A DNA stretch of 63,961 nucleotides, counting the filler, from an uncultured bacterium (GTDB lineage: Bacteria; CAYJOG01), in NCBI GenBank assembly GCA_964371695.1. It is 4 parts of 4 records of this genome, joined end to end, with 100 filler letters (N's around TTAATTAATTAA, not from the genome) between each part and the next. Parts side by side here need not be neighbours in the genome. Positions count along the whole stretch, not along the records: positions 16,439 to 32,375 come from CAYJOG010000014.1; positions 32,476 to 48,343 come from CAYJOG010000015.1; 2 more parts are not named here. The stretch is one strand, 5' to 3'. Below the pieces are notes generated by a model. The model made no database searches. It worked only from the letters and a program-made list of their open reading frames with translations, and was not told the DNA's origin. The stretch's first letter is position 1; every line of letters starts with the position of its first letter. The position numbers and the translations under genes are program-made. Of this stretch, positions 28,671 to 40,238 are shown piece after piece.

Positions 28671-31064
28671 CTACCCCATCTCCGCCTCTGCCGCAGCGAT
28701 GACGGCGCGGATGGCCAGGGCCGAATCGGGGTTCAGGCTGATGCTGTTGATGCCCTCTGTCACCAGAAAACGCGCCAGTTCGGGATAGTCGCTGGGGGCC
28801 TGTCCGCAAATGCCGATGGGCCGCCCGCTTTCGTGTGCCCCCATGATCGCCATCTGCAGCAAGCGCTTCACCGCCGGGTTGCGTTCGTCAAACACCGGGG
28901 CCACCAGCTCGCTGTCGCGGTCCACGCCCAGGGTGAGTTGTGTGAGGTCGTTGCTGCCGATGGAAAAACCGTCGAACAGTTCGCCAAACTTATCCGCCAG
29001 CAGCACGTTGCTGGGAATCTCGCACATCACCCACACCTCCAGGCCGTCTTCGCCCCGCACCAGGCCGCCGTGTTCCAGCACCGCCAGCACCTTTTTGCCT
29101 TCTTCCACCGTGCGGCAAAAGGGCACCATCACCTTCAGGTTTTTCAGCCCCATTTCGCCGCGCACGCGCCGCACGGCTTCTATCTCCAGCTTGAAGGCGT
29201 CCATGAAACTGGGGTGGGTATACCGCGCCGCTCCACGAAAACCGATCATGGGGTTTTCCTCTTTGGGTTCATAGAGATGCCCCCCCAGCAGGCCCGCGTA
29301 TTCGTTGGACTTGAAATCGCTGAAGCGCAGGGTCACGGGCCGGGGATAAAACCCCGCCGCCAGCAGCCCCACGCCCTGGGCCAGTTTGTCCACAAAAAAA
29401 TCGGCCTTGCGCGAGTAACCCGCCGTGCGGGTTTCGATTTCTTCTTTCAGGGCGGTGTCTTTGAGGTTGTCAAAATCCAGCAGCGCGTTGGGGTGTATGC
29501 CGATGTCGTGGTTGATGATGAACTCCATGCGCGCCAGCCCCACGCCGTCAAAGGGCATCTGCCCCAGGGCCAGGGCCTGACCGGGGTTGGCCAGAATGAG
29601 CATGACCTGGGTGCGGGTCTGGGGCAGTTCTTCCAGCGCCGTGGTGGTGTGACGGGTGGGCAGCAGTCCCTCATACACCACGCCGGTGTCGCCCTCGGCG
29701 CAGCTCACCGTCACCGCGCCCTTGCCCCTCAGGCGCGTGGTGGCCCCGGTGGCCCCCACCACGGCGGGCAGGCCCAGTTCGCGGCTCACGATGGCGGCGT
29801 GGCAGGTGCGCCCGCCCCGGTTGGTGACAATGGCGCTCACCTTTTTCATCACCGGCTCCCAGTCGGGGTCGGTGCGGTCGGCCACCAGCACGTCGCCGGG
29901 CAGCACGGTGTGCATTTCTTCGGGCCGGTTCACCACACGCACCGTGCCCTGGCCAATGCGGTGCCCCACCGCCACGCCGGTGAGCAGCACGGGGCCTTTT
30001 TCTTCAAGCAGCCTGGTTTCCAGGGCGGGGGCGCGGCGGGCCTCTACCGTTTCGGGCCGGGCCTGCACAATGAACAGCTCCCCCGTGTTGCCATCTTTGG
30101 CCCATTCCATGTCCATGGGCGAGGGGCGGCCATAGGCCTGGGTGTAGTGGTTTTCGATGATTACCGCCCAGCGGCTGAGGGTAAGCAGTTCGTCGTCGCT
30201 CAACACAAAACGCCGCTGCATGGCGCGGGGGGTTTTCTCGGTGCGGGTGCCCCGGCCGCCGTGGGCATACACCATGCGGATGGCCTTCTCACCCAGCCTG
30301 CGGCTGACGATGGGTTTGAAGCCCTGCCCCAGCGTGGGTTTGTGTACCAGAAACTCGTCGGGATTCACCGCCCCCTGCACCACCGTCTCACCCAGACCCC
30401 AGGCTCCGGTGATCAGCACCACGTCCCGGTTGCCGCTTTCGGTGTCCAGGCTGAACATCACCCCGCTCGAGGCCAGGTCGCTGCGCACCATCTGCTGCAC
30501 CCCCACCGACAGCGCCACCTTCATGTGGTCGAACTGCCGCTCGGTGCGATAACTGATGGCGCGGTCGGTGAACAGGCTGGCGAAGCATTTGCGCACGGCC
30601 TCCAGCAGGGCGTCGGGGCCGTGAATGTTCAGGTAGGTTTCCTGCTGGCCGGCGAAGCTGGCGTCGGGCAGGTCTTCTGCCGTGGCGGAACTGCGCACGG
30701 CGACATCCAGCAACGCGCCGTGCAGCTCACACAGCACGTCATAGGCGCGCAAAATTTCGCTGGAAACATCGGGCGGAAAAGCCGCGTTCAGCCACAGTTG
30801 GCGCAGCGCTTTGCCACGGACCTGCAAATCGGCCACGTCGTGGGGGTCCAGGCCATCCAGTAGTTCCAGCATGGCGGGTTTCACGCCCGCGTGTTGGGCC
30901 ACGGCCCAATAGGCCGCCGAGGTGACGGCAAAGCCGCCGGGCACCTTCACCCCCAGCGTGGCCAGCTCCCGCACCATCTCACCCAACGAGGCGTTTTTGC
31001 CCCCCACCAGGGGCACGTCCTTCAGCGAAAGGTCTTCAAAAAAAATCACATGGGGTGTGGCCAT
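28671..31064 (-). CDS. ppsA: Phosphoenolpyruvate synthase
   Basis: VGGKNASLGEM, RSSATAED, GGRTCHAAI (phospho-His), SIGSNDLTQ and GICGQAPS motifs. Confidence 0.97.
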   Translation of the reverse strand: MATPHVIFFEDLSLKDVPLVGGKNASLGEMVRELATLGVKVPGGFAVTSAAYWAVAQHAGVKPAMLELLDGLDPHDVADLQVRGKALRQLWLNAAFPPDVSSEILRAYDVLCELHGALLDVAVRSSATAEDLPDASFAGQQETYLNIHGPDALLEAVRKCFASLFTDRAISYRTERQFDHMKVALSVGVQQMVRSDLASSGVMFSLDTESGNRDVVLITGAWGLGETVVQGAVNPDEFLVHKPTLGQGFKPIVSRRLGEKAIRMVYAHGGRGTRTEKTPRAMQRRFVLSDDELLTLSRWAVIIENHYTQAYGRPSPMDMEWAKDGNTGELFIVQARPETVEARRAPALETRLLEEKGPVLLTGVAVGHRIGQGTVRVVNRPEEMHTVLPGDVLVADRTDPDWEPVMKKVSAIVTNRGGRTCHAAIVSRELGLPAVVGATGATTRLRGKGAVTVSCAEGDTGVVYEGLLPTRHTTTALEELPQTRTQVMLILANPGQALALGQMPFDGVGLARMEFIINHDIGIHPNALLDFDNLKDTALKEEIETRTAGYSRKADFFVDKLAQGVGLLAAGFYPRPVTLRFSDFKSNEYAGLLGGHLYEPKEENPMIGFRGAARYTHPSFMDAFKLEIEAVRRVRGEMGLKNLKVMVPFCRTVEEGKKVLAVLEHGGLVRGEDGLEVWVMCEIPSNVLLADKFGELFDGFSIGSNDLTQLTLGVDRDSELVAPVFDERNPAVKRLLQMAIMGAHESGRPIGICGQAPSDYPELARFLVTEGINSISLNPDSALAIRAVIAAAEAEMG

Positions 31065-31134
31065 TGGAGAATTCACCTGCTTAAGTCAGACTGCGCCTTC
31101 GGCGCGCACACCATCCTATAAACACCTCCCCCTC

Positions 31135-32375
31135 ATGTCCTCAACTCCTTACAAAGAAACAACACCTTCGAGCGCGCTGGACGTGCTCGCTATCCGCGAC
31201 TTTCGCCTTTATGAAATGGCGCGGCTGTTCGCCATCACGGCCTTGGCCATGCAGTCGGTGGCGGTGGGCTGGCAGGTGTATGCGCTCACCCACCGACCCC
31301 TGGACCTGGGTTATACGGGTCTGGTGCAGTTTCTGCCGTCGGTGGCGCTGGTGCTGTTCACGGGCCAGGTGGCTGACAGGTACGACCGGCGGAAAATCGT
31401 GATGCTGTGCTACGCCCTGGGCCTGTGCTGCGCGCTGGCGTTGTGGTGGCTGGCGGGCCAGAGCCTGACCACGCCGCTGCCCATCTTCGCCACGCTGCTG
31501 GTGCTGGGTGTGGCGCGGGCGTTTGAAGGCCCGGCGGAGACCTCCATGTTGCCCCATCTGGTGCCCAGAGAGCAGATGAGCCGTGCCCTGGCCCTGGGCA
31601 TGGCGGTGTGGAACCTGTCGGTGATCATCGGCCCGGCGGTGGGCGGCGTGGTGCTGGCGTGGGCGGGGCATGTGCGGGTGGTGTATGGCCTGTGCGCGGC
31701 GCTGGTGGCCATGGCCCTGGTGTGCATGGCGTCGCTCCACGTGCGCCCCGGCAGGCAAATGGCGCAGCCCATGGACTGGGCCAACCTGCTGGCGGGCCTG
31801 CGGTTTGTCTTTGGCCGCAAGATCATTCTGGGGGCCATTTCGCTGGACCTGTTCGCCGTGCTGCTGGGCGGCTCAGTGGCGCTGTTGCCGATATTTGCGC
31901 GGGACATTCTGCATGTCGGCCCCAGGGGCATGGGCCTGTTGCGCAGCGCACCGGCGGCGGGGGCGGGGCTGATGGCGCTGATGCTGGTGTGGCAGCCCCT
32001 CAAGCGGCGCGTGGGGCGCAAGATGTTTGTGGGCGTGGTGTTGTTTGGCCTGTGTACGGTGGTGTTTGGCCTGTCGCGGAACTTTTGGCTGTCGCTGGGC
32101 GTGCTGGGGGTGTTGGGGGCGGCGGACATGCTGAGTGTGGTGGTGCGCCACACGCTGGTGCAGACCCGCACGCCCCTGCACCTGCTGGGGCGCGTGGGCA
32201 CGGTGAACATGCTGTTTATCGGCGCGAGCAACGAACTGGGCGAGTTTGAATCGGGCCTGACGGCCCAGTGGTGGGGCGCGCCCACGGCGGTGCTGGTGGG
32301 GGGCATCGGCACACTGCTGGTGGCGCTGTTGTGGGCCTGGCTGTGCCGCGAACTACGACAGGCCAATCGATTTGA
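31135..32375 (+). CDS. MFS transporter, truncated at contig end
   Basis: GQVADRYDRRK motif A, about 12 TM segments, GASNELGEFESG. Confidence 0.9.
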
Positions 32376-32475
32376 NNNNNNNNNNNNNNNNNNNNNNNNN
32401 NNNNNNNNNNNNNNNNNNNTTAATTAATTAANNNNNNNNNNNNNNNNNNNNNNNNNNNNNNNNNNNNNNNNNNNN

Positions 32476-34817
32476 ACACCCGTCACCAGCCCCACACTCT
32501 GGCTGGCCACGGCATCAAATCCACCCGGCGTTGTGCCCACGCTCACCACATAGTCCGTGACGCCGCTCTCGGCATCAGTGGCCGCAGACCAACTGGCGCT
32601 CACCGTGGTGGTGCTGAGCTGAAAACTGCCGCTGTCCGTCAGCGCGCTCACCGCGCTTGGGGCGGTGATCTCCATCATGATGCCGTCGGTGCTCGCGATG
32701 CTGCTGGTCAATCCCGCACCATTGATCGCCGCCACATTGATGTAATAGGTGGTGCCGTTTAATAAAAACATGGGGCCGATGGCAACGCCCGTGACAAGAC
32801 CCACGCTCTGGCTGGCCACGGCGTCCGTTGCGCCGGGTGACGTGCCCACGCTCACTTCATAACCCGTCACGCTGCTTTCGCCGTCACTGGCGGGTGACCA
32901 ACTGGCGCTGAGGTAGGTGGCGCCGGTGGTGTAGCTGCCGCTGTCGGTGAGCGCGCCCACGGCAGAGGGGGCCGTGGTGTCTACCATGATGCCGTCCGTG
33001 CTGCTCACAGAGCCGGTGAGGCCCGCGTTGTTCACCGCCACCACGTTCACGTAATACGTCACGCCATTGGTGAAACTGCCTGCAATGGCCGCAGCCGTCG
33101 CCAGTCCCACGCTCTGGCTGGCCACGGCGTCTGTTGCGCCGGGCGACGTGCCCACGCTGACCTCATAACTGGCGATGCCGCTCTGGGCGTCGGTGGCGGC
33201 GGCCCAGCTGGCGCTGAGGGTGGTGGTGCTGGTCTGATAACTGCCGCTGTCGGTGAGTGCGCCCACGGCGGTGGGGCCAACGGTGTCCACCATGATGCCG
33301 TTGGTGCTGCTGATAGAGCTGGTGAGACCCACGCCGTTCACCGCTGCCACGTTTACGTAATAGGTCACGCCGTCGCTGTAGCTGGCCACGATGGCCGCGC
33401 TGGTGGACAACCCCACACTCTGGCTGGCCACGGTGTCGGTTGCGCCGGGTGACGTGCCCACGCTGACTTCATAACTGACGATGCCGGTTTCTGCGTCCGT
33501 GGAGGCGGTCCAACTGGCGCTGATGGTGGTGGAGCCAGTCTGAAAACTGCCGCTGTCGGTGAGTGCGCCCACGGCGGCGGGGGCGGTGGCGTCTACCAAT
33601 ATGCCGTTGGTGCTGCTGATGCTGCCCGTGAGGCCTGCGCCGTTGATGGCCGCCACATTGACGTAATAGGTGACGCCGGTGGTGAAAGTCCCTGCGATGC
33701 CCGCGCCGGTGACAAGCCCCACACTCTGGCTGGCCACGGCGTCCGTCGCGCCGGGGGTTGTGCCCACACTCACCTCATAACTTGTCACGCTGCTTTCGCC
33801 GTCACTGGCGGGCGACCAACTGGCGCTCACAGTGGTGGTGCTGGTTTGGTAACTACCGCTGTCAGTGAGCGCCCCCACGGCAGCGGGTGGGGTGGTGTCC
33901 ACCGTGATGCCGTCGGTGCTGTTTATCGAGCCAGTGAGTCCTGCTCCGTTGATGGCCGCCACGTTGAGGTAATAGGTCTGGCCCTGAATGTACCCCCCCG
34001 CAATTCCCGCACTGGTGACCAACCCCACACTCTGACTGGCCACAAAATCTGACCAACCGGGGGCTGTGCCCACGCTGACTTCATAAAAAGCGATGCCGCT
34101 CTCTGCGTCTGTGGCGGCTGTCCAACTGGCGCTGATGGTGCTGGTGCTGGTTTGATAACTGCCGCTGTCGGTGAGCGCCCCCACTGCGCCGGGGGCGCTG
34201 GTTTCCACCGTGATGCCATCGGTGGTGATGGCGCTGCCGGTGAGTCCCGCGGCATTGACCGCCGCCACACTCACGTAATAAAAGGTGCTGCCGACATAGC
34301 TGCCCGCTATGGCCACACCCGTCACCAGCCCCACGCTCTGGCTGGCCACGGCGTCAAACCCACCCGGCGTTGTGCCCACGCTTACCACATAGTCCGTGAC
34401 GCCGCTCTCAGCATCTGTGGCCGCAGACCAACTGGCGGAAACGGTGGTGGTGCTGGTTTGGAAACTTCCGCTGTCTGTGAGTGCGCCCACCGCGCCAGGG
34501 GCGGTGGCGTCTACCAATATGCCGTTGGTGCTGCTGATGCTGCCCGTGAGGCCTGCGCCGTTGATGGCCGCCACATTGACGTAATAGGTGACGCCGGTGG
34601 TGAAAGTCCCTGCGATGCCCGCGCCGGTGACAAGCCCCACACTCTGGCTGGCCACGGCGTCCGTCGCGCCGGGGGTTGTGCCCACACTCACCTCATAACT
34701 TGTCACGCTGCTTTCGCCGTCACTGGCGGGCGACCAACTGGCGCTCACAGTGGTGGTGCTGGTCTGATAACTGCCGCTGTCGGTGAGCGCCCCCACGGCG
34801 GTGGGGGGTGTTGCGTC
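32476..34817 (-). repeat. Intragenic tandem repeat, period ~306 bp, at least 8 units
   Basis: Recurrent AVGALTDSGS..SASW..YEVSVGT.PG..YYVNVAA.N.AGL; unit starts at 34817 and 34511. Confidence 0.92.
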
Positions 34818-37766
34818 CAGGAAAAAGTTGTCCTCCACGGCAAAAGCCGATGACAAAAATCCGGTGTTGTCCACCGCCTGCACGCTCCAGTAATAGGTCA
34901 CGGCGCTGGCCCCGGCGCTGAGTGTGACCGCATGGCTCAGCGCCTGCCCCATGTTGCCCGGCCCGGCGGCGATTTTGGCGCTCACAATTTCATTGCCGCC
35001 CGGCGTGGTGCCCACCCGCAGGTTGTAGGTGAGCAGCGCTGCGGGTGTCTGTGCGTCACTGGCGGCGGCCCACTCAAGCTTCACACTGCCGCTCACACCG
35101 TCCGGCTCTGCGGTGAGTGCCGGTGTGGCTGGTGCATTGTTGGCGGGGTTGAGGTTATTGACATACACCCGATTGGCGACGCTGTTGCCGGCTTTGAGGT
35201 AGTCCATATCCCCGTCCCCGTCCGTGTCGCCCAGCGCCAATCCCTCGGAGGCCTCGGATTCCACGCTGGTCCATGCCAACGTGAAGGTGTTGCCGCCGTC
35301 GTTGCGGTAGACACGATTGGTTCCGCCGCTGTTGATGACCACTTGGTCCAGATCCCCGTCGCCGTCGTAGTCTCCCCAGGCAATGCCGGTGGTGGGGTCT
35401 GATTCACTGCTTGACCAGATGAGGGTGAAGGTGCTTGCACCATCGTTGCGGTAAACGCGGTTGGGTTGGTTGAGGTTCCCAACCAATTGGTCCAGGTCGC
35501 CGTCGCCGTCGGAATCCCCCCAAGCCACGGATAGGGTGTTATCCGTCTCGGTGCTGCTCCACACCAGCGTGAAAACGCCGCCGCCGTCATTACGGTAAAC
35601 ACGGTTGGCCGTGGTGGTGTCGTTGCCTACCAATTGGTCCAGGTCGCCGTCGCCGTCGTAATCCCCCCAGGCCACCGACTTGGTGTTGTCGCTTTCCACA
35701 CTGGTCCATGCCAAGGTGAACGAGCCACTCACATTCCAATCGTTGCGGTAGACGCGGTTGGCCCCGGTGTTATTGCCCACCAATTGGTCCAGGTCCCCGT
35801 CGGCGTCATAGTCCCCCAGCGAGATATTAAAGGTCTGTTCCGACACCCCAGCCGTCCATGCCAGGGCAAAAGAGCAAGTGCCGTTGTTGAGGTAAACCCG
35901 GTTGGGCCCTCCCCCGTTGGCAATTACATGGTCCAGATCCCCATCATTGTCAACGTCCCCCCAGGTTGAGCCATAGGAGGCGTCCGTTTCGACGCTGGTC
36001 CAAACCGAGGTAAACGCGTTGCCACCGTCGTTGCGGTAAACACGGTTAATGGCGGCGTAGTTGGCAACCAATTGGTCCAGATCCCCGTCGCCATCACAAT
36101 CGCCAAGGCTTGCGGCGGTGGATCCTTCGGGCCCTGGGCCAGACCAAACACTTGAGAATTCAGACAGATAAAGAAAACCATCCGACTGAACGAAATAGGA
36201 GTTGCTGACGTTATCAATGGCTTTGACTTCAAACCTGTAGTTGTGTCCACTCACCAATGAGCCAGTTGATAAATTTAAAGTGGTTGAAGCCGCGTTGCTG
36301 GTGAATCCGAGTGTGTAGGAGGCAGAAGTGGTGTCGTAGAGGGCATAATCGTATCTGGCCAGGCCGCTTCCCGCGTCGGTTGAAACCGTCCAGTTCGCGT
36401 CCAGAGAAATGCTGTTGATGATGGTGTCCAGGTCTGCCCCAGTGCCGTCATTCAGCGTGAAAGCCGATGGGTTGGTGGTGTCCAGCAGCACGGTGAAGCC
36501 ACCCGTGTTGGTGGTGCCCTGACCGTTGTAACAGGTGGCGTTCGCCGCTCCGTTTTGTGTGGAGCCGCCGCTGAAAGAATAGGTTGTGGAACTGTAGGGG
36601 TTGCTGGTGTCATCTCCCGATCCGCCGGTGATGCCTGTCAGGGCAGGGAAGTTCACTTTCTGTATCCCCGTTTCACCGTCTGTGGCGGTGGCGCTCACGA
36701 TGAAGTTTCCTGTGCCAGCGGTGTTGTAATACGCCGTGGTTCCTGTGGTGAAAAGAAAATCACTGGCGGGTGCTTCGGCAATGCCGCTGACGGAGCAGGC
36801 GGGTGCGGTGACGTCGTTTCCGCCGTCTGTGGTGCGAAAAACACCAGCTCCTGAACTCACCGCCCAGCAATTGGTTGAATTTATACAGGAAACGCCGTTT
36901 ATAGAACCAGCTACGCCTTGATGGAAAAAATTAACACCATCGTTTGTTTTTCCAATTGTCCCGCCACCTGCCGCCCAATAACAAACCGTACCAGAAGGGC
37001 ATTCCAAATCAAGAACAGATGCACCGGGATGTGTCCCCACCATTCCCCAGGCTGAGCCATCGGTTGTTTTTTTGACCTGATACGATCCACAGGACCCCAG
37101 GAATGAATAACAGGTCGTGGTGCTTGAACAAGCCGTTGACTCTAAACACGGGGATCCCAGATTGGTTTCAGACCATGTGCTGCCATTGGTTGTTTTGCCG
37201 ACCCAGCCAGCACTGGTAGAGTAGTAACAGGTGAGAGTATCTGGACAAGAAATGGTGTTGGGCATATTTACTATTCCAGAGGTTAGCGGAGACCAGTTGG
37301 TGCCATCTGTGGTTTTAAGCACATTCATATCTCCACCTACCGCATAACACACGGTGGTGGAAGGACAGCTAATGTCCTCAAAGTTTTGGGTAACCACAGA
37401 GGTTTGTGTGCTCCAGTTTGTCCCGTCGCTGGTTTTGATGATGGTGCCAGTCTGCCCCACTGCGTAACAAACTGTGGTGGATGGGCACGAAACTGCATAA
37501 AGATAGTTTCCGGTGGGAGATGTTTGATTGGTCCAGGTGGAGCCATTGGTCGTTTTTCTGATGAATCCTGTCTCGCCAACCGCATAGCAGGTCGTGGTAG
37601 CAGGCACGCAGGAAATTCCATATAGCCATCCTGCTGCGGAATCAATTGTCCACCCGGCCTCAGCGGGCCTTGAAAAGAACACCACGCCCGCCAGCACACA
37701 AAAAGCAAAAAACGAATGGAATCGCCTTCCCCGCCCAAAACCCCGATGGTCCAGCTTTTGGTTCAT
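32476..37766 (-). CDS. Giant secreted modular surface protein (Cys-containing propeller, FG-GAP propeller, FN3-like repeats), 3'-truncated
   Basis: Signal peptide ending PAEA; seven SC....CY..G...KT.DG repeats; seven GD.DGDGDLD repeats; at least eight ~102-aa repeats. Confidence 0.88.
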
Positions 37767-38187
37767 GTGTGTGTCGATGCCTGCTGCGTGATGAAGCCTT
37801 GATACCCCCCGATTGGGGTTGTATAAGCAAAAAATAAATAAAACGGGGGGCAAGCACCCAACCTGCCGGACGAGCGAAAATCACGCGCTTAATGCGGCAC
37901 ATCCCCCAAAAAAGAGGGTTTACCGGTACCGATGCGGGTTAGAGTTTTCACAGGCCACTGTTTTTCGCGGTATTTTGGGTCTGGGTGCGTTGGGATGTTA
38001 AGGGGAAATGGTACACCCATGTCTTTTTCAAAAACAGGCCCAACCGAAAAATTTGGGTCAAAAAACCGACGAAATGCGGCGGCCCGCACACCACGAGCAG
38101 GCGCGCCCACGCTCAGCCCCTGCACCGCTGCCGCAGTGCGCAGCGCACTGGTCAGGCGGTCCAGACTGTCATGCCCCTCTCGTGCCG

Positions 38188-38868
38188 CTACGCCCCAAAT
38201 GGTTTTTTCGGTATGGGCAAAGGGGGTTGGGACTTGATGAACAGGTGGGGGCACACTGCGCCGCAGGTTTTGGCGTGTTTGCATCCGCTGCAGATGCGCT
38301 GGCGCAAAACAAAGGCCGCCACCACCGCCACCGCCGAAACCAGGATCATGTAAAAACCCGGCCCGGGCATGCCCAGCGTGCGGAAGTTGCCAATCGCCCC
38401 CATGCCCAGCAGGGTGGGGGTAAAGGGCGCCACGTTCACCGGGGCCTTGGGGTTCAACTGGTGGCCAAACTGGTACATCCAGAAATACATGGACCCCAGA
38501 AAAACAGACGGAAACAGGAGGGCGGGCAAAGAAAACATCTTGGCGTAGCGTTTGCCCGGCAAAAACACCCCCACCATGGTGACAAGGCCAATGCCCGACA
38601 CGCCGTAAACCGCCATGGCCCTTTCCAGCTTGGCGGCTTCATCCAGCCGGGCCATGCCGATGTAGTGGTTCAGGATGTTGATTTCGGTGATGTCTCCGGT
38701 GACCTTGTTCAGGTAAACGGCCATCACCAGACCGTTGGGATATTGGGGGGCCTGCAGATACCAGCCCCAAATCGGAAAGAAATAAGCCGCAGCGTAAAGA
38801 AGGCACGCGAGCAGGGCCAGAAAAACCACTGTCCACCGCAGGAACCGGTCTTGAGAAGAGATGTGCAT
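38188..38868 (-). CDS. nosB: Clade II nos cluster membrane protein NosB-like
   Basis: APQYPNGL and INILNHYIGM motifs, four TM segments, AAAGGAGA RBS, last gene of the nos cluster. Confidence 0.8.
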   Translation of the reverse strand: MHISSQDRFLRWTVVFLALLACLLYAAAYFFPIWGWYLQAPQYPNGLVMAVYLNKVTGDITEINILNHYIGMARLDEAAKLERAMAVYGVSGIGLVTMVGVFLPGKRYAKMFSLPALLFPSVFLGSMYFWMYQFGHQLNPKAPVNVAPFTPTLLGMGAIGNFRTLGMPGPGFYMILVSAVAVVAAFVLRQRICSGCKHAKTCGAVCPHLFIKSQPPLPIPKKPFGA

Positions 38869-38890
38869 TGTTTCTCCTTTGAATGAATGC

Positions 38891-39829
38891 TCAAACAACA
38901 TTGGACCGCCTGAAAACCAGGAAACCCGTGGCGGCGCAAACCAGACCCAGCAACAGGGGCCAGACAATGGCCCAGGCCAGCACGCCGCCCCGGCCCAGGA
39001 CATCGGTCAGGGCGTAGGAAAGAGGCCCCAGGATGGAAAGCTCCGGGTCGAACACCGCAATCGCCGCCGTGCGGAAAGCCTGCACCGGATTGAGCAGCGC
39101 CAGGGTCATCACCATTTCAGCCTGCACCATCTGGCGGATCATCACCCCCAGCAAGAGGCCATCCACCAGCGCCTCCAGCGACAGCCACACCCCAAAGGCC
39201 ATGCCCAGGGCGGATTCCTGTGTGGCGCTGAGTATGGAAATCAGCATGGCCATGCCCAGAAAACAGACCACCATGGACGCCGTGAGGCCGGAGTAATACA
39301 CCACCATGGACCACGGCACCCCCCCGCCCCGCAACTGCTCATAAAGCGCCCCGGCCCAAAGCGCCATCACCAGGGGGGTGGCCATGGCGACAAGCCCACC
39401 CCCAAACCGGCCCCAGTAATAACCCGACAGCGAAACCGGCAGCGACAGCATGTACTCCCACACGCCCGATTCCCGGTCTCCCACCAGGGTTCTGGCGGTG
39501 GTGATGAGGATGAAAATGGGCAGGATGACCATGCTGGCCTGAATGAAGGTGAGCAGAAGCCGACCCAGGCCATGAAACCCCAGCACCTGGGATTCCGCCA
39601 AGCCAAACATGAAAAACAGACCCATCAAAAGGGCGAAGCCCAGGCAATAAAGAAGAAACCAGCGCGCCAGCAGGGTCTCTCTCAGTTCCAGGCTGAAAAA
39701 CTCCCGCAGCGTGGAGCGGCGGGGGCGGGGAGCGATGGGGGCAGGAATGTTAATTGTCCCCTCCGGCTTCTGTGCCACCCTCAACCGGATAGAGGTGGTC
39801 GTGGCGTTGCGCGCCTTTGGAACCCACAC
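38891..39829 (-). CDS. nosY: ABC permease NosY
   Basis: DRESGVWEYMLSLP and LNPVQAFR motifs, six TM segments, nos context; start codon uncertain. Confidence 0.85.
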   Translation of the reverse strand: MWVPKARNATTTSIRLRVAQKPEGTINIPAPIAPRPRRSTLREFFSLELRETLLARWFLLYCLGFALLMGLFFMFGLAESQVLGFHGLGRLLLTFIQASMVILPIFILITTARTLVGDRESGVWEYMLSLPVSLSGYYWGRFGGGLVAMATPLVMALWAGALYEQLRGGGVPWSMVVYYSGLTASMVVCFLGMAMLISILSATQESALGMAFGVWLSLEALVDGLLLGVMIRQMVQAEMVMTLALLNPVQAFRTAAIAVFDPELSILGPLSYALTDVLGRGGVLAWAIVWPLLLGLVCAATGFLVFRRSNVV

Positions 39830-40238
39830 GTTTCAAGAGGATTTTTTGCGCCTGAGCGAAGGTGAGTTTTCCGTTTCTGTCGGGACCGATGCCGTAATCC
39901 ATGGGGGTTTTCAGGCCGTCTGTATACCGGGCCTGTTCTGCCTTGAGCCACGTTTTCCCGTCCTGCGGACTCAGCACATAAAGCACCGCGTTTTTAAGGG
40001 CGGGCGCGGCCTGCTTTTTGGCCAGGGCGCAGCCCAGGTCATCAAAAAAATGAATCTGCGCGCCCGGCCCCACCCACTGGGCGGCAAAACGGCGCTCGGT
40101 GATGGCCATGCGGCAATGTTCGCAGGTGTCCCTGCCCCAGTGGGGCGGCCCCACGCGCATCTCCCCCACAGAACACCCCTGCAAAAAAATCGCGGCAAGC
40201 GTCGCGACAAAAAGAGCAGGCCAGATTTTCCGGTTCAT
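39750..40238 (-). CDS. nosL: Copper chaperone lipoprotein NosL
   Basis: LQGC lipobox, CEHCRMAI, FDDLGC and TPMDYG motifs. Confidence 0.9.
   Translation of the reverse strand: MNRKIWPALFVATLAAIFLQGCSVGEMRVGPPHWGRDTCEHCRMAITERRFAAQWVGPGAQIHFFDDLGCALAKKQAAPALKNAVLYVLSPQDGKTWLKAEQARYTDGLKTPMDYGIGPDRNGKLTFAQAQKILLKRVGSKGAQRHDHLYPVEGGTEAGGDN

Noticed and set aside
37939-37969. Similarity to the queD 3' end (GGCCACTGTTTT shared with 6357-6368)
   Set aside because: Only about 12 exact bases; cannot be distinguished from chance without a genome-wide search
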